DNA of 64,000 bases from Antedon mediterranea. Taxonomy: Eukaryota; Animalia; Echinodermata. Position numbers and translations under genes: made by a program. Positions 43,530-56,614 of this stretch are shown here, one piece after another. The DNA lies in assembly GCF_964355755.1 (NCBI RefSeq), contig NC_092676.1, positions 21,222,871 through 21,286,870 of the forward strand, in the 5' to 3' direction. The notes below the pieces were generated by a model. It had not been told where the DNA came from and made no database searches. It was given only the letters and a program-made list of their open reading frames with translations. Every line of letters starts with the position of its first letter. Position 1 is the first letter of the stretch.

Positions 43530-46500
43530 ATGGCTCAGCAACAGTCAAAAGATTTTCTGAAACAGTTTCAGTTAAATGCTGGGATCACAGAAGATGAGTT
43601 TATGAAGGTACGGTATAAACACACGCGCGGTATCCTCCATGCTTGCACGACTTGATATTTTCCAAACAAATTATAGTATTCATAATTACCGGTATTAAAT
43701 CATAACTATTGTTTTTTATTATTGATAGATTTGGAGAAACTATGACGCTGACAAAAACGGATTTATCGAACTAAAAGAACTAGAGGTAATACATTAGCAA
43801 AATTTGATTACAGAGTAATAAGACTAATACAGAAACATAGCCACATGTGTCTATGTAGTGATGTATTTTATTTATTTCAGAAACTAACTGATGATTTGTT
43901 GAATTCTGGAAAAGGTGATCTGTCACGTGATGATATGGATTTGTACAAAAAACATATGGTAAGATTTCCTTTTATACCATGGAGAAAAAATTATTTCTCT
44001 TACAGTACCAAAGTAGGCTACTAATATCATTATCAACAATCATATTTATACATTGTAGGTCGGAATTTAAATTGATTGAGCTTAAAATTAGGCCCTACAT
44101 TGTTATCATTCTCAAAAGGTAACCTCAGATCTTATCCGTAGACCTATATTGAATTATTTATGATTGACAGACTGTCCAATCTTTTTATTTAGTTGAAAAT
44201 TTGTGACGGTAACGACGATAAAAGACTGAATCTCAGGGAAATGCAGAGGTATGACAAATATATAATTATAATTTTTTTGACAAGTAAAATTAAGTGGATA
44301 ATTTATTATTTAAAAAATATATATGAGACGCTAAAGTTGACTTAAATGATACGTATGTTGTCGGAATAATGAAATCAATCATACACTCAGTTTAGCAAAT
44401 TAGATCCCATGTTTTACCGATAGAGTGTTTTTTACATTCTATACGATTTGTATTCATATCATAAGCATATCCTATTACAATAAGTTACAGACCTTGACAC
44501 AGCATTGTCTATAGCCTACCCTCCATAGATTTGTATTGTTTTCAATCTACAATAAAAGGTGAATTGTTTAGGGTTTAGTCATTACAGATTGATATGAACA
44601 CATCCAACTTTTCTATTCATAAAAATACTGTATTTACAGATATATCTGTATTTGTCAAGTATAAACAATTCCAGAATAGCTTTTCGTCACTGTGGATTAT
44701 TTAAAATATTATTATTTTTTATGCACAGCGACACACGTGGATATTCCAATAAGTGTTAGTTTGTTTTACATTAGGCACATTCATTTGAATTACATGATTA
44801 ATTTATTTTCAGTTTGTTCATAATAAAAGATCCATCCCCTTCAAAGTAAGTAAGAATTTACAGTATTAAATCAAATCTAGGTTTATTTTTTCCAAACAAA
44901 TAAAACTAAGCCACAAACAGTAATTGCACTCTAAGTAACACTTAGCAAGAAAGCTCCATTTGGTCAGATGTTTTGCTCTAATCTAACGTAATTTTTACTT
45001 TATACTAAGTACACCGAGACTCAACTCCTTGACGCAAAGCTATTCCACAGTAGTTAAATACAATTACAAAGCTCATTTGCAACCAATATTTTTAGGGGTG
45101 GGGGGAGGGGGGAAGTTGCATGGAATTTTACCACAACCTTGATATGACTTCAGTTTTGCCTATTTATTTTCTTTATCTATTAATGGAGTTGTTGCCATTA
45201 CACTAATCAACACAATAAATTCATTTTAGCAATGCCGCTCTAAAACAAGTATTTCTTGGAAAATTTCGTTCAAAAACTGGTGTACACAGCGTAGACTTTA
45301 TAAAGGTATTTATCAATCAAACGTAGATTTTTTTTTTGTGAATTTTTTTTTTTTTTAATGTAGATTTACCTTGGTATTATCTAATTGGCTTTTTAATTTT
45401 AGACGCATACCTTTCTTTCTAGGCAAGTTATTTTCGGTACTTTACTGCCCTAGTTCTATTCTTTTAATCATGCATTAGTTTTTGTCCATCCTTTCTCATC
45501 TATATATAAATTTACGTAAGGGCAAAATTCGGTAAATCGCGCCTTACTTGTAGAATTTTTACTCGATGGTATATAAAGTTGGTTCGTACTTTCGGTACTG
45601 ATTTTAACCACCTGATGTAACCCTGTTTACTAATTAAATTAAGTTAGATAATTAGTTATTGACGATTAAAACGAATTTAGGTTCAACGATTTGCCCCAAA
45701 TAGGGGTGTTTTCCGATCGTGGTATACACTGTCTAATGGATGTCCATCTTGAAAAATACCCACCACAAAAATGCGAGGAGGTTTCGCATTTTCCTATCTC
45801 CTCCTACGATAATTGTTTTTAATAGCTGAAAACCGGTTGAACAGCTAGAGTACACCATCATAATGTTGAAGACAGGCCGATTTTCTTAAAAAAATACTAT
45901 TTTGATAGATTTAATATACGATTATACAAATGTATTGATTTGCGATGAATGGAACATCCCAATCTCTCAGTCTGCCAGAGTTTGGTTTAACAATTATCCG
46001 TCATTTTAACTTGTAAATGTTATTATCCGGGATATATAACTGTACATTTTCTGTCCTTATAAAAGTTGTAAGTATATTAATTACTTAATAAACAATCATA
46101 TTTTTCATTTATAATTACTATTAATTAGATATGGAAAAAGTATGACACTGATGGTAATGGTTACATTGAAAGTGGAGAACTGGACGTAAGTTAAATTTAC
46201 CAAAACTATCCTAATAGTAATACACGATATAAGGCCATAATAAACATGATTGTTACCTGTCTGTATGTAGACGTCACAACAATCAGCCAATTAAGAGCCT
46301 GTAAACAAAAAAAAGATTTTTTAATTTTTTTAAAAAATGTGCAGTTAGGCATAATGTTACAATATTTCAATGTTAATGAAAAATAATTATATAAACCTTA
46401 TTTTACTTATCCAGATTAAAAAATGATTTATCTGATATTTTTTGTTCTAGAAATTTCTTGGAGATTTGATGAAGGAAAATTATAAGACCGATGGTACTGG

Positions 46501-48596
46501 TTCACTGCAAGAGTATAAGAAAAACATTGTGAGTTACCATTAGAATAGATAACTTCTCTGTAAATGTTTGTGTTTTAGTGTTACCTAATAATATTGTCTT
46601 CTCTTACAGTTGCAGTTTTTCGATACCAATAGAGATGGCAAATTGGACATAAAGGAAATGTTTGAGTAAGAGTGTTGTGTTTTACAATAAACTTGATTAC
46701 AGAGTAGTGTCACCGTATTAAAATAGTTAGCCCTCATCCTCCAAACGAGGCCTACATAGAATAACAAACTCTTGTTCACTACAAATATTTTTCAAGACCA
46801 ATGTTGCCACTAATTAGGTACAAACCACCTGCAATTTTGTTTAAAAACAGGAGTACTAAGAAAAAAACACTTCGGAGCGAATATTTCTATCCTTACAGAT
46901 TTTTCCTATGTATGTAATTTACTTTTTATCTTTGCCTTAAAGATGTTTTATTATGATAATAATTATATGATTTGTTTACAGACTCTTGCCGATTGAAGAA
47001 AATTTTATTGCAAAATTTAAGGTAATTTGAAGTAGTTGAATCTGGTTAACCACGTTTGATAAAGTACCTCTTAATTTTCGCGATCTTACCTACGACAATT
47101 TAATGTCTAAATAATACTAAGAATCGGTTATTATGATGATATGATTTTCTAATTGTTCACAAATATTATGTTTATTTATTCAGGGAGCACCTATGACCAT
47201 CAATAACTTCAACAGAATATTTGCGCACTATGATAAGGTAAATGAAACTATTTTCTGCATTATGTACAAAACTAAATTGTAATGCGCATGTGTAAAACCT
47301 TGTTCTATAACTCGTGCATTAAGGGTCTGTTCAGGTGTGAAAGACCTTTAAGTTTTAAATTATACTGTAAAATGTAACGTTCTATTACTTTTGTTTGGTA
47401 TAAAAAGGAAGTATTAGATTTATTTACAACTTCACTCTCCATTGGTGCATTGAGATGTTTTCCTAATTATAGTAATATGACTTGGTTTAAGAAATACTAT
47501 AACTATCCTGGGAGCTGGGAATCCCCTTGGAATACTGTTTCGATCGATTATTATAAATGTTTGGGTAAAGTTCATAAATTATAAACCAGTGGAAAGCCTG
47601 CGTGTCAAACAGTTTCGCTTAGCTAACCAGCTAGACTTCTTCAGTAGGTCTGTTTACCTATACCTATACTACTAGGCCTACAGCGAAACCAGATGAAATT
47701 GTTTTCATAATTATATAAATGCTTTAATTGTTTGTTTTTAAAGAACAATGATAACACTCTTGATGGCGATGAATTATTCAGTTTTATGAAAGACTTCATG
47801 GAAAACAGTGGTGGTGTAAGTACAAAAGATGTTTAACTATCAGTTATTTCTATTTCTCTAACGTTGTTATTCTTTTAACAGTTATACGTCTTCCACCTTC
47901 TTGTTAAATTCTAACAAAATGTCCTAAATTATAGCAATGTCATAGAGTGTATCATGTGTATACCTATTCTTAATTCAATATCAAGCTAAAAAACCATATT
48001 GTGCAACTTATAATTACCATCAGCATTTCCTTATTCTCGACAAAATTTATTTCCTTTATTTTTTCTGTCTGTCTCTCCCTCTTTACTGCATTTAAACTAC
48101 ATACACTTTTTAACTATGAAGATGCCTTACAATAATACATAGCGTCGCCTTCTTTTTCCCCGACGCGCCACGAGTTCAGTCTTGATTTGATTTACGTCCT
48201 TGCGTTATCTCTAGTAAAAACCAAGCATAGTCTTTCTACGCATGTTAATATATGTTTAACAGTTGCGTGTTGTAGTGGTATATCGGAAACGAAATGGCTA
48301 AAACCACGTTACAATTCTTGAAACAAAAATACAATAAGATAATAAAACTTATCCAACATCCAAAATAATGATACAAAATAATAGTGGGATAGATATATGA
48401 AATATTACTGTAATGTAAAGCAGGCTTTCATGAATAATACTATTTTATTTTTAGCTTTAATAAACATATTATGTTTCCACTTCAGGACGTTAACGCCAAA
48501 GAAATCGAAAGTTACACAAAGCAAATGACGTTATTGTTGGACAAGAACAAAGACAACGTATTTCAGAAAAGCGAACTACGTGAACTGATGCTATAA
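43530..48596 (+). CDS. hexa-EF-hand Ca2+-binding protein (calbindin/calretinin/secretagogin family), copy A, 281 aa
   Basis: 13 exons: 43530-43607, 43729-43785, 43881-43958, 44193-44248, 44813-44845, 45230-45305, 46129-46185, 46451-46528, 46610-46665, 46982-47021, 47184-47237, 47744-47815, 48486-48596. EF loops DADKNGFIELKE, DGNDDKRLNLRE, DTDGNGYIESGE, DTNRDGKLDIKE, DKNNDNTLDGDE, DKNKDNVFQKSE. Family-type linker LLPIEENF. Confidence 0.9.
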
Positions 48597-49832
48597 CTTT
48601 ATTTTCATTTTACTTATTAAGGAAAACACTGTTTTTCAAGATATGTAAACGATGTTTTTGGCAAGATACCCTCAAACATGAAGAATAAAATGATCGCTAA
48701 TTTTTAATTTATAGTCAGATTACATGTCACATTTCCATTGCAGGTGGAAAACTAATAATTCCAAATTTAAAAGAATGTAGGTTGAAAGTAAGATTCATAA
48801 TTTTTTTTAAACTTTCATAAACACAGTTTGTTTTTTCAGTAAGTAAGTTTGCACATACTGTAGCTTTATTGAATGTAAGGTGGTGGAATTGATTAAACAA
48901 GTAAAAAATCTCGATTTACATATGTATATGTACGGACAGTAAACATACATATGATTACATAAGTAAAGAGTAACTCGCCTGAAAGCAGATGCATACGTAT
49001 GACGTAGTGGTTTACTTGAACCAGCGGAGAGTGAAAATAAAATGAATTTTCACTCACTGTTTTGTTCTCAAATATAAACTTTTATTAAAGAAAAGTATAC
49101 AAATATATTACCAATAACGATGCGTTAATAAGTGTACGTACCCATTAAAGCTATATAAACTCACTCCTTTCACAGCTTCCTATACAAGAGAATGACGAAA
49201 ATATTCAAAGAGAATAAGCTTGCTTCACGTGCTAGCGATTGCTATTCAAACTAGCCCGCTCTTGATATGCATACCCACAAGTGTATACTCAGCCAATAAG
49301 GGGCTTTCATTTAGCATTTGTGTTTTAGCTAGACGATATAGTCTGAGAGCTTGTTTAAAACATTCAATGCAATTTTCCGATATGTTGTGTTGGTTCTGAT
49401 TCAGGTGTTGAGATAATCATGAGTCCGGCTTATGTTCGGAAAAACGACCGAATGCACCCGATACGATCCGATTTGCGGAAATTCTATTCAAAAAAAAAAA
49501 ATACAGCCGGCTTAAAGGTTTTCTTATTTCTTTTTACCAAAATAAAAACTAAATTTATAATTTTGTTCGTGTTATTTAATTACGTTCTCGTTGGTATTAA
49601 AATGAATGGTATACGGTACTTTATTTGTATGTATTTATTTGAAGTTATTGACTTTTATTTACATTTATAAATTTTCAATTATTACAGGTGAATTAAACTA
49701 TTGTTAATTCCTGCTTATAACAGATCAAGTATCTTAAGTCAATAATTAAAGTATTCTATAACAATTACACTGTAAATTAATTATTTTGACCTAATATCTT
49801 AGAATAAGAAATATATATAAGAAATAGTTCAT

Positions 49833-50103
49833 TCTTATATAGCGCATATAAGCAAGCTCTCAATGCGCTGCACATTATTACCCCGGTCATTTTTTTAATC
49901 AAACACGCACGGAAACATAATACTCATATAATAACAGTGCATCTAGTAATCAGCGCAAGGTTGTGTCTTGATCTAACCCGGTACCCATTTATACACCTGG
50001 GTGGAGAGAGGCAAATATAAGTAAAGTATCTTACATAAGCGCCATGAGTTGGATTCGAAACACGACCAGTAATCCAACGGCCGACCCGTTTCGCCACACG
50101 CCC
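49833..50103 (-). mobile_element. tRNA-derived SINE with L2-like tail
   Basis: The minus strand gives a GGGCGTGTGGCGAAACGG...GTTTCGAATCC head, a core CTCTCCACCCAGGTGTATAAATGGGTACC, and a tail GCGCATTGAG...GCGCTATATAAGA. Confidence 0.75.
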
Positions 50104-50983
50104 TTACAATATTATAATTATTAAGTGTAAACGTTAATTACGTTTATTAAGTGCTTTGTACTTCACCTGTTTAATTTAAGGTTTTTCATCAGTTCAAAGT
50201 ATTATATAATACAAGGTTACTTAATTCCAAGTATTTTTGTTTTGTTTTTGTTCTGTGTTGTTTTTAATAACTATTGTAATAATACATTCGGTTCTAAATA
50301 AACTGTGCCATTTGGCTTAGTCGCTTTACTTTCGGTGGTTAGTTATCGATTCTCTTTAAGCAGTTTTACACATTTGCTTCATGCTTCATTCAATTGATTC
50401 ATTTAAGCTTTCAATTCTTTGGGTTAGTTTTATATAATCTATTAACATATTACAGAAATTCAGAGAGTAGACTATTATCAAAACGCAGCGATTTAAAGAA
50501 AATATTATAAAGGCTGATTTTAGTTACTTCATTTTGAATAAACGGGACCTCAAAAAAGGCAATATGCGGTTACGGTTACAATGATTAGGAATTCACGGAT
50601 TATAATGAACTGCTTAGATATTGAATACATGTTTCAATTTAAACGTGTTAGTTTATATCCGAGTCTCAGATATTAAATATACTTGATACCAATTACTCAG
50701 TTTTTATTCTGGTTCTAACATTTTCTGTTTTTGTAAGTACACCGTGTTTCCTTTATTTTACTTTTGAGAACAGCATAATTTCTAAATGAAGAATGCATAG
50801 CTAAATTTTGCAATTTTGTGCTGCTTTGTTTTGTTTTTAAACAAAACTATACTATTCTATTATACTGTACTATCCATAACTTTAAAAAAATATAATTACT
50901 GTAAGATTCTTAACACAATGAGTGAATAATATCTAATGATTAGCGACTTTTTTAAATTTTCATGAGTATATACTAAGTTTGGT

Positions 50984-51056
50984 GTTTACCGACCAACCAA
51001 CCCACCGACCGACCGATCAACCAATCGACCGACACAGTGAGCTGTAGAGCTAAAAA
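50984..51056 (-). mobile_element. Helentron/DINE-like short element fragment
   Basis: Reverse copy of 57515-57610 with a (CCGA/CCAA)n microsatellite. Absent from the paralogous intron of copy A. Confidence 0.55.
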
Positions 51057-51101
51057 CTTAATTATTATTTGTTTTGTTTCTAAGGCTTTTACATCAGTAA
51101 G

Positions 51102-54100
51102 ATGGCTCAGCAACAGTCAGATTTTCTGAAGCAGTTTCAGTTAAATGCCGGGATCACAGAAGATGAGTTTATGAAGGTACGGTATGTCATAAACGCAGAC
51201 ACGCGTGGTATCGTCCGTGCTTGCACGACTTGATATTTTCCAAACAAATTATAGTATTATACTTACCGGTATTAAATAAAAACTATTTTTCAAATTATTG
51301 ATAGATTTGGAGAAACTATGACGCTGACAAAAACGGATTTGTCGAAGTAAAAGAACTAGAGGTAAGAAATTAGCATTACATAGTACATAAGACTAATACA
51401 GAAACATAGAACTTAGGCCTACATGTAGTTAACTATTTTATTTATTTCAGAAACTAACTGATGATTTGTTGAATTCTGGAAAAGGTGATCTGTCACGTGA
51501 TGATATGGATTTGTACAAAAAACATATTGTGAGTTTTTCTTTCTCTTATACAAACAATAAAGAATTAATCCTTTCTATTCATTCATACTATTTCTACTCA
51601 ACTTATTCATATACCTTTATTGAAGTACATGACTGACAGGATAATCTTTTTATTTAGTTGAAAATGTGTGATGGTAACGACGATAAAAGACTGAATCTCA
51701 GAGAAATGTAGAGGTGACAAATATTATTAGTCTTTTTTAACAAGTAAAGCTAAGTGGTTATTTATGATGTAAAAAAATATATATATATATATATAAGACG
51801 CCAAAGTTGACGTGTATTGTTGGAATAAATAAGACAATCTATACACTTCACATGTTACTATAACAAGTTTAGCAAAGATTCCTTTTTACTGATAATGCTA
51901 TTCATATTCTCTGGATCCTACTACAATAAGTTACAGGCCTTTGACCCAATATTGTCTATACTCTACATATATTTGTATTATTTTCAATTTATAATAAAAA
52001 CGAGTTGATCAATTGTACTGTATTATTCTCAATCTACAATAAAAGATAAATTGTTTAGGTTAATAAAATATGAGTCATTGCAGATTCTATTCATAAACGT
52101 ACTCTATTTACAGATATATCTGTATGTGTAAAGTATGAGAAAATTTCAGGATAGCATCATCACGTGACTGTGAATTAACATAGGCTTATTCTTTCGACAC
52201 ACGTGTGATAGTCAATTAGCAATCTTAAATCTCACATTTTGTTTAAAACTAGGCACCTTATTCATTTGAACTACATGATTTCTTTTGAGTATACTTTCCA
52301 AGAAAGTCATAATAGACTATAAAATTAGACAGACTATTTTTTCTTTTCAGTTTGTTCATAATAAAAGATCCATCTCCTTCAACGTAAGTAAGAATTTACA
52401 GTATTAAATCAAATCAATGTTTATTTTTTCCAAGTTTTTAAAATGGAAAATAAAACTAAGCCACAACAAGTAATTACACTCTAAGTAGCACTTGGTCAGT
52501 TGTTTGTACTTTATACTAAGTACATTTGGAAATACGAAAAAAATTCTCGCATGGGGCTCAAACCCACGACTTCCAAGTCACTAGCCTGAAGTCCCACCCA
52601 AGAATTACTATTCTCAAATCTACTTAGTATAAAAGTCAGATTATGGCAAAATATCTTACCAAATACCCAACTTCCTGAAGCAAAGGTACTCCACATTAGT
52701 TAAATAAATTTACAAAACTCCGTGGCAACTAATATTTTTTAGGGGCAAGTAGCATGAAATCCTACCACAACCAGGGTTTGGCCTATTCATTTTATTGATC
52801 TATTAATGGATCTGTTGTCATGACACTAATCAACAAAATTCATTTTAGCAATGCCGATCTAAAACAAGTATTTCTTGGACAATTTCGTTCAAAAACTGGT
52901 GTACACAGTGTAGACTTTATCAAGGTATTTACAATTACGTCGTTGATTTTGTTTATTCGAATTTCTTTTTTTTTTTCTTTAGTGTAGATTTGTCTTTTTA
53001 ATCTTAGATGCATATCTTCCTTTCGATGCATGAGTCATTATTTGTACTTAAGTTACTTTCTATTGTGAAATAGTCTCTGTCCAGATTTTCTAATTCTAAC
53101 AATTTCAACTCGTACGAAAAACTGTTATTTGATTTAAATTTTTATTTCCATTTTTTGTCTTTAAAAAAGTGGTAAGTATTAATAACTTAATCAATGATCA
53201 TATTTTTTTTTCATTTATAATTACTAATAATTAGATATGGAAAAAGTATGACACTGATGGTAATGGTTATATTGAAAGTGGAGAACTGGACGTAAGTCAA
53301 ATTTACCAAAACTATCCTAATAGTTATACACGATATAAAGCAATAATGACATGATTGTTACCTGTATGTGTGTAGATGTCACATCAAAAAGCGTTTATGA
53401 TCAGGAGCCTGTAAAAAAAAAAGACGTTTCCATATTGTAAAATAATGATCAGTTAAGCATAATGTTACCATATTTCAATGTTAATAAATAGTATTTCTAT
53501 AAACCTTATTTTTAATTTTTAAAAAGTAATAGAAAATATCCAGAATAAAAAATGATTTATCTGATTCTTTTTGTTCTAGAAATTTCTTGGAGATTTGATG
53601 AAGGAAAACTATAAGACCGACGGTACTGGTTCACTTCAAGAGTATAAGAAAAACATTGTGAGTTACCATTAGAATAGATAACATCTCTGCAAATGTTTGT
53701 GTTTTAGTGTTACCTAATAATATTGTCTTCTCTTACAGTTGCAGTTTTTCGATACCAATAGAGATGGCAAATTGGACATAAAGGAAATGTTTGAGTAAGA
53801 ATGATGTGTTTTCCAATAAACTTAATTACGGAGTAGTGTCACCGTAGTTAAATTAGCCCTCAGTCTCCCTACAGAGAAAACAAAACTCTTGTTCTATACA
53901 AATATTTTTCATGACCAATTTTGTCACTAATAATGTACAAACTACCTGCAATTTTGTTTAAAAACTGTTGGAACTAAGGAATAATCAACACTTGAGAAGG
54001 GTACAAACAGACGAAATATATCTAATAGTGTTTGTTTTATGGTATGATTTGGAGCGAATTCGGAAAATATTTTCTATGTATGTAATTTACATTTTATCTT

Positions 54101-55373
54101 TACCTTAGAGATGTATTATAACGATATATTAATTTTATGATTTGTTTACAGACTTTTGCCGATTAAAGAAAATTTCATTGCAAAATTCAAGGTAATTTTG
54201 AAGTTGTTGAATGTGGTTGATCACGTTTGATAAAGTACCTATTATTTTTTTGCATTCTCACCTACAAGAATGTAATGTGTAAATATACTAAGACGTGTTT
54301 TTTTTTACTAGTGTATCAATTAAGTAAGGATATACATTGTGAAAACCACTATATGTAATAATCACAAATATTATGTTGGTATATTCAGGGAGCACATTTG
54401 ACAATCAATGACTTCAACAGAATATTTGCGCATTATGATAAAGTAAGTGGAAACTATTGTGTATCCTGAATTACGGTATGTACAAAATAAATTATACTGC
54501 GCATGTGTTGTTCTGACCTCGTGTATTAGGTTTAAATTATACAATGTACAATTGAATGTTCTATTTCTTTTGCTTGATAAAAAAAGAATACAGTTTAACT
54601 TATTTACAAGGTCACTCTCCATCGGAGCATTGAGACGTGTCCAGTGTCTCTTTTAACCTCTTTTATACTACCGTAATATTCAGAGAGTACTCTTTCGATC
54701 TTATTAGATCTCGTCACTGAAAAAAACTTGCGTGTCAAAACATTCGTCTGTCTAACCAGCTAGACTTCTCAGTATCTTTACATATTTATATTATTATTTC
54801 TATTTTATTCTATTTACAAATAAATCAAAACCAGATAAATTTATCAATTATTCAAATGCATTTTTTGTTTGTTTTTAAAGGATAATGATAACACTCTCGA
54901 TGGTGATGAATTATTCAGTTTTATGAAAGACTTTATGGAAAGCAAAGGCGGTGTAAGTACATTAGATGCTTCAACCTTAGCAATATCCTCTTTCTAACGT
55001 TGTCAATATTTATACGCCACAGTTTGGTATTATTCTTCTCAGTGATCAATATACATTGAGACTAACATAAAAGTTATGTATTCTAACGAATTGTCTTCCT
55101 ACAGTAGAGCAATTAGCCAACATATCACACTACCAAAAGATAGAGTGTATCATTTATATACATATTCCAAAACTAATGAACTATTAATGTAATGTAAAAC
55201 AGGAATAATACTATTTTGTTTTTAGCTTTAATAAACAAGTACATATTTTGTTTCCACTTCAGGACGTTAACATCAAAGACATCGAAAGTTACACAAAAAA
55301 AATGACGTTATTATTGGACAAGAACAAAGACAACAAACTTCAGAAAAGTGAACTACGTGAACTGATGCTATAA
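51102..55373 (+). pseudogene. hexa-EF-hand protein copy B with a single premature TAG (possible pseudogene, or rescued by splicing)
   Basis: Exons 51102-51176, 51305-51361, 51451-51528, 51658-51713 (TAG at 51709-51711 where copy A has CAG), 52351-52383, 52849-52924, 53235-53291, 53580-53657, 53739-53794, 54152-54191, 54389-54442, 54881-54952, 55263-55373. All other exons are open, with intact GT-AG. Confidence 0.75.
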
Positions 55374-56614
55374 GTTTATTTTAATTTTAATGAAAACACT
55401 GTTTTACAAGATAATATTTAAAAATTGCTTTTTGTGTGGCAAGACACCCTCAGCATGAATAATAAATGATAGACGTGTTTAAAAATATATTAATTAATAT
55501 TAATTAACAACTAGTATTGTTTTTTTGGTGGAAAACTATGCCAAAATTAAAAGAATGTTAGTTAAAAAGAAGAATCATGGTATAGTTTTTAAAACTTTCA
55601 TACAGTTTTTTTTTTCAGTAAGTAAATTTGCAAATAATGTAGCTTTATTAAATGCAATACTAAGGTGGTGGAATTTATGTTGTAAGTAAACGATCCTGTA
55701 CGGCAGTAAACACACATGTAATTAACAAATGTAAACAGTATTACGTATGACGTAGTGGTTTACTTGAACCAGAGGAGAGTGAAAATGCCCTGCTTGGGCA
55801 ATTTTTCTTTAATGTGTTTTGTACTCAAATATAAACTTTTATCAAAGAAAAGTATACAAATATATTACCAATAACGATACATTAATAAGTATACGTACCC
55901 ATTAAAGCCATATAAACTCATGCCTTTCACTGCTTTCTATACTGAAGAATGACGAAAATAATCAAAGAGAAATAAGATTGCTTGCTAGCGATTGTTATTC
56001 AAATTAGCCCGCTCTTGATATGCATACCCACAAGTTTATAATCAGCCAATAGTGGCTTTCATTTAGCATTTGTTTGATGTTTAGCTAGACGATATAGTTT
56101 GAGAGATTGTTCAAAACATTCAATGCAGTTTTCCGATATGTTGTTTTAATTCTGACCGGTGGTATATTCAGGTATTGAGATAATCATGAGTTCGGCTTAT
56201 GTTCAGAAAAACGATCGAGATATGATCCGATTTGCGGAAATTCTATTCCAAAAAAAAAAAAATACAGTCGGTTTAAATGTTTTCTTATTTCTTTTTACCA
56301 AATAAAAATTAAATCTATACTTTTTTTTCGTGTTATTTAATTACGTTCTCGTTGCTATTAAAATAAATGGAATAGCCTACGGTACTTTTTTTAACTTTTA
56401 TTTATTGACTTTTATTTACATTTATAAATTTTCAATTATTACAGGTTAATTCAACTACTGTTAATTCCTGCTTATAAAACGAGCAAGTATCTTAAGTTAA
56501 TAAGTATTCTATAACAATTACACTGTAAATTAATTATTTTGACCTAATATCCTGTACTTTATTTTTACTCACAATATAAGATGTTTATATTCTTAATCAT
56601 TTACTTACATATTT

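Larger units (their letters stand above)
42070..56551 (+). repeat. tandem segmental duplication (~7 kb units: ~42070-49798 and ~50140-56551)
   Basis: Collinear similarity in upstream, intronic and downstream DNA, e.g. TTCTAAATAAACTGTGCCATTTG at ~42520 and ~50292. Both units end ...TTATTTTGACCTAATATC, at 49798 and 56551. Confidence 0.92.

Noticed and set aside
52545-52600. tRNA-like B-box on the minus strand
   Set aside because: Too decayed to call; probably a SINE-head remnant inserted only in duplicate B.
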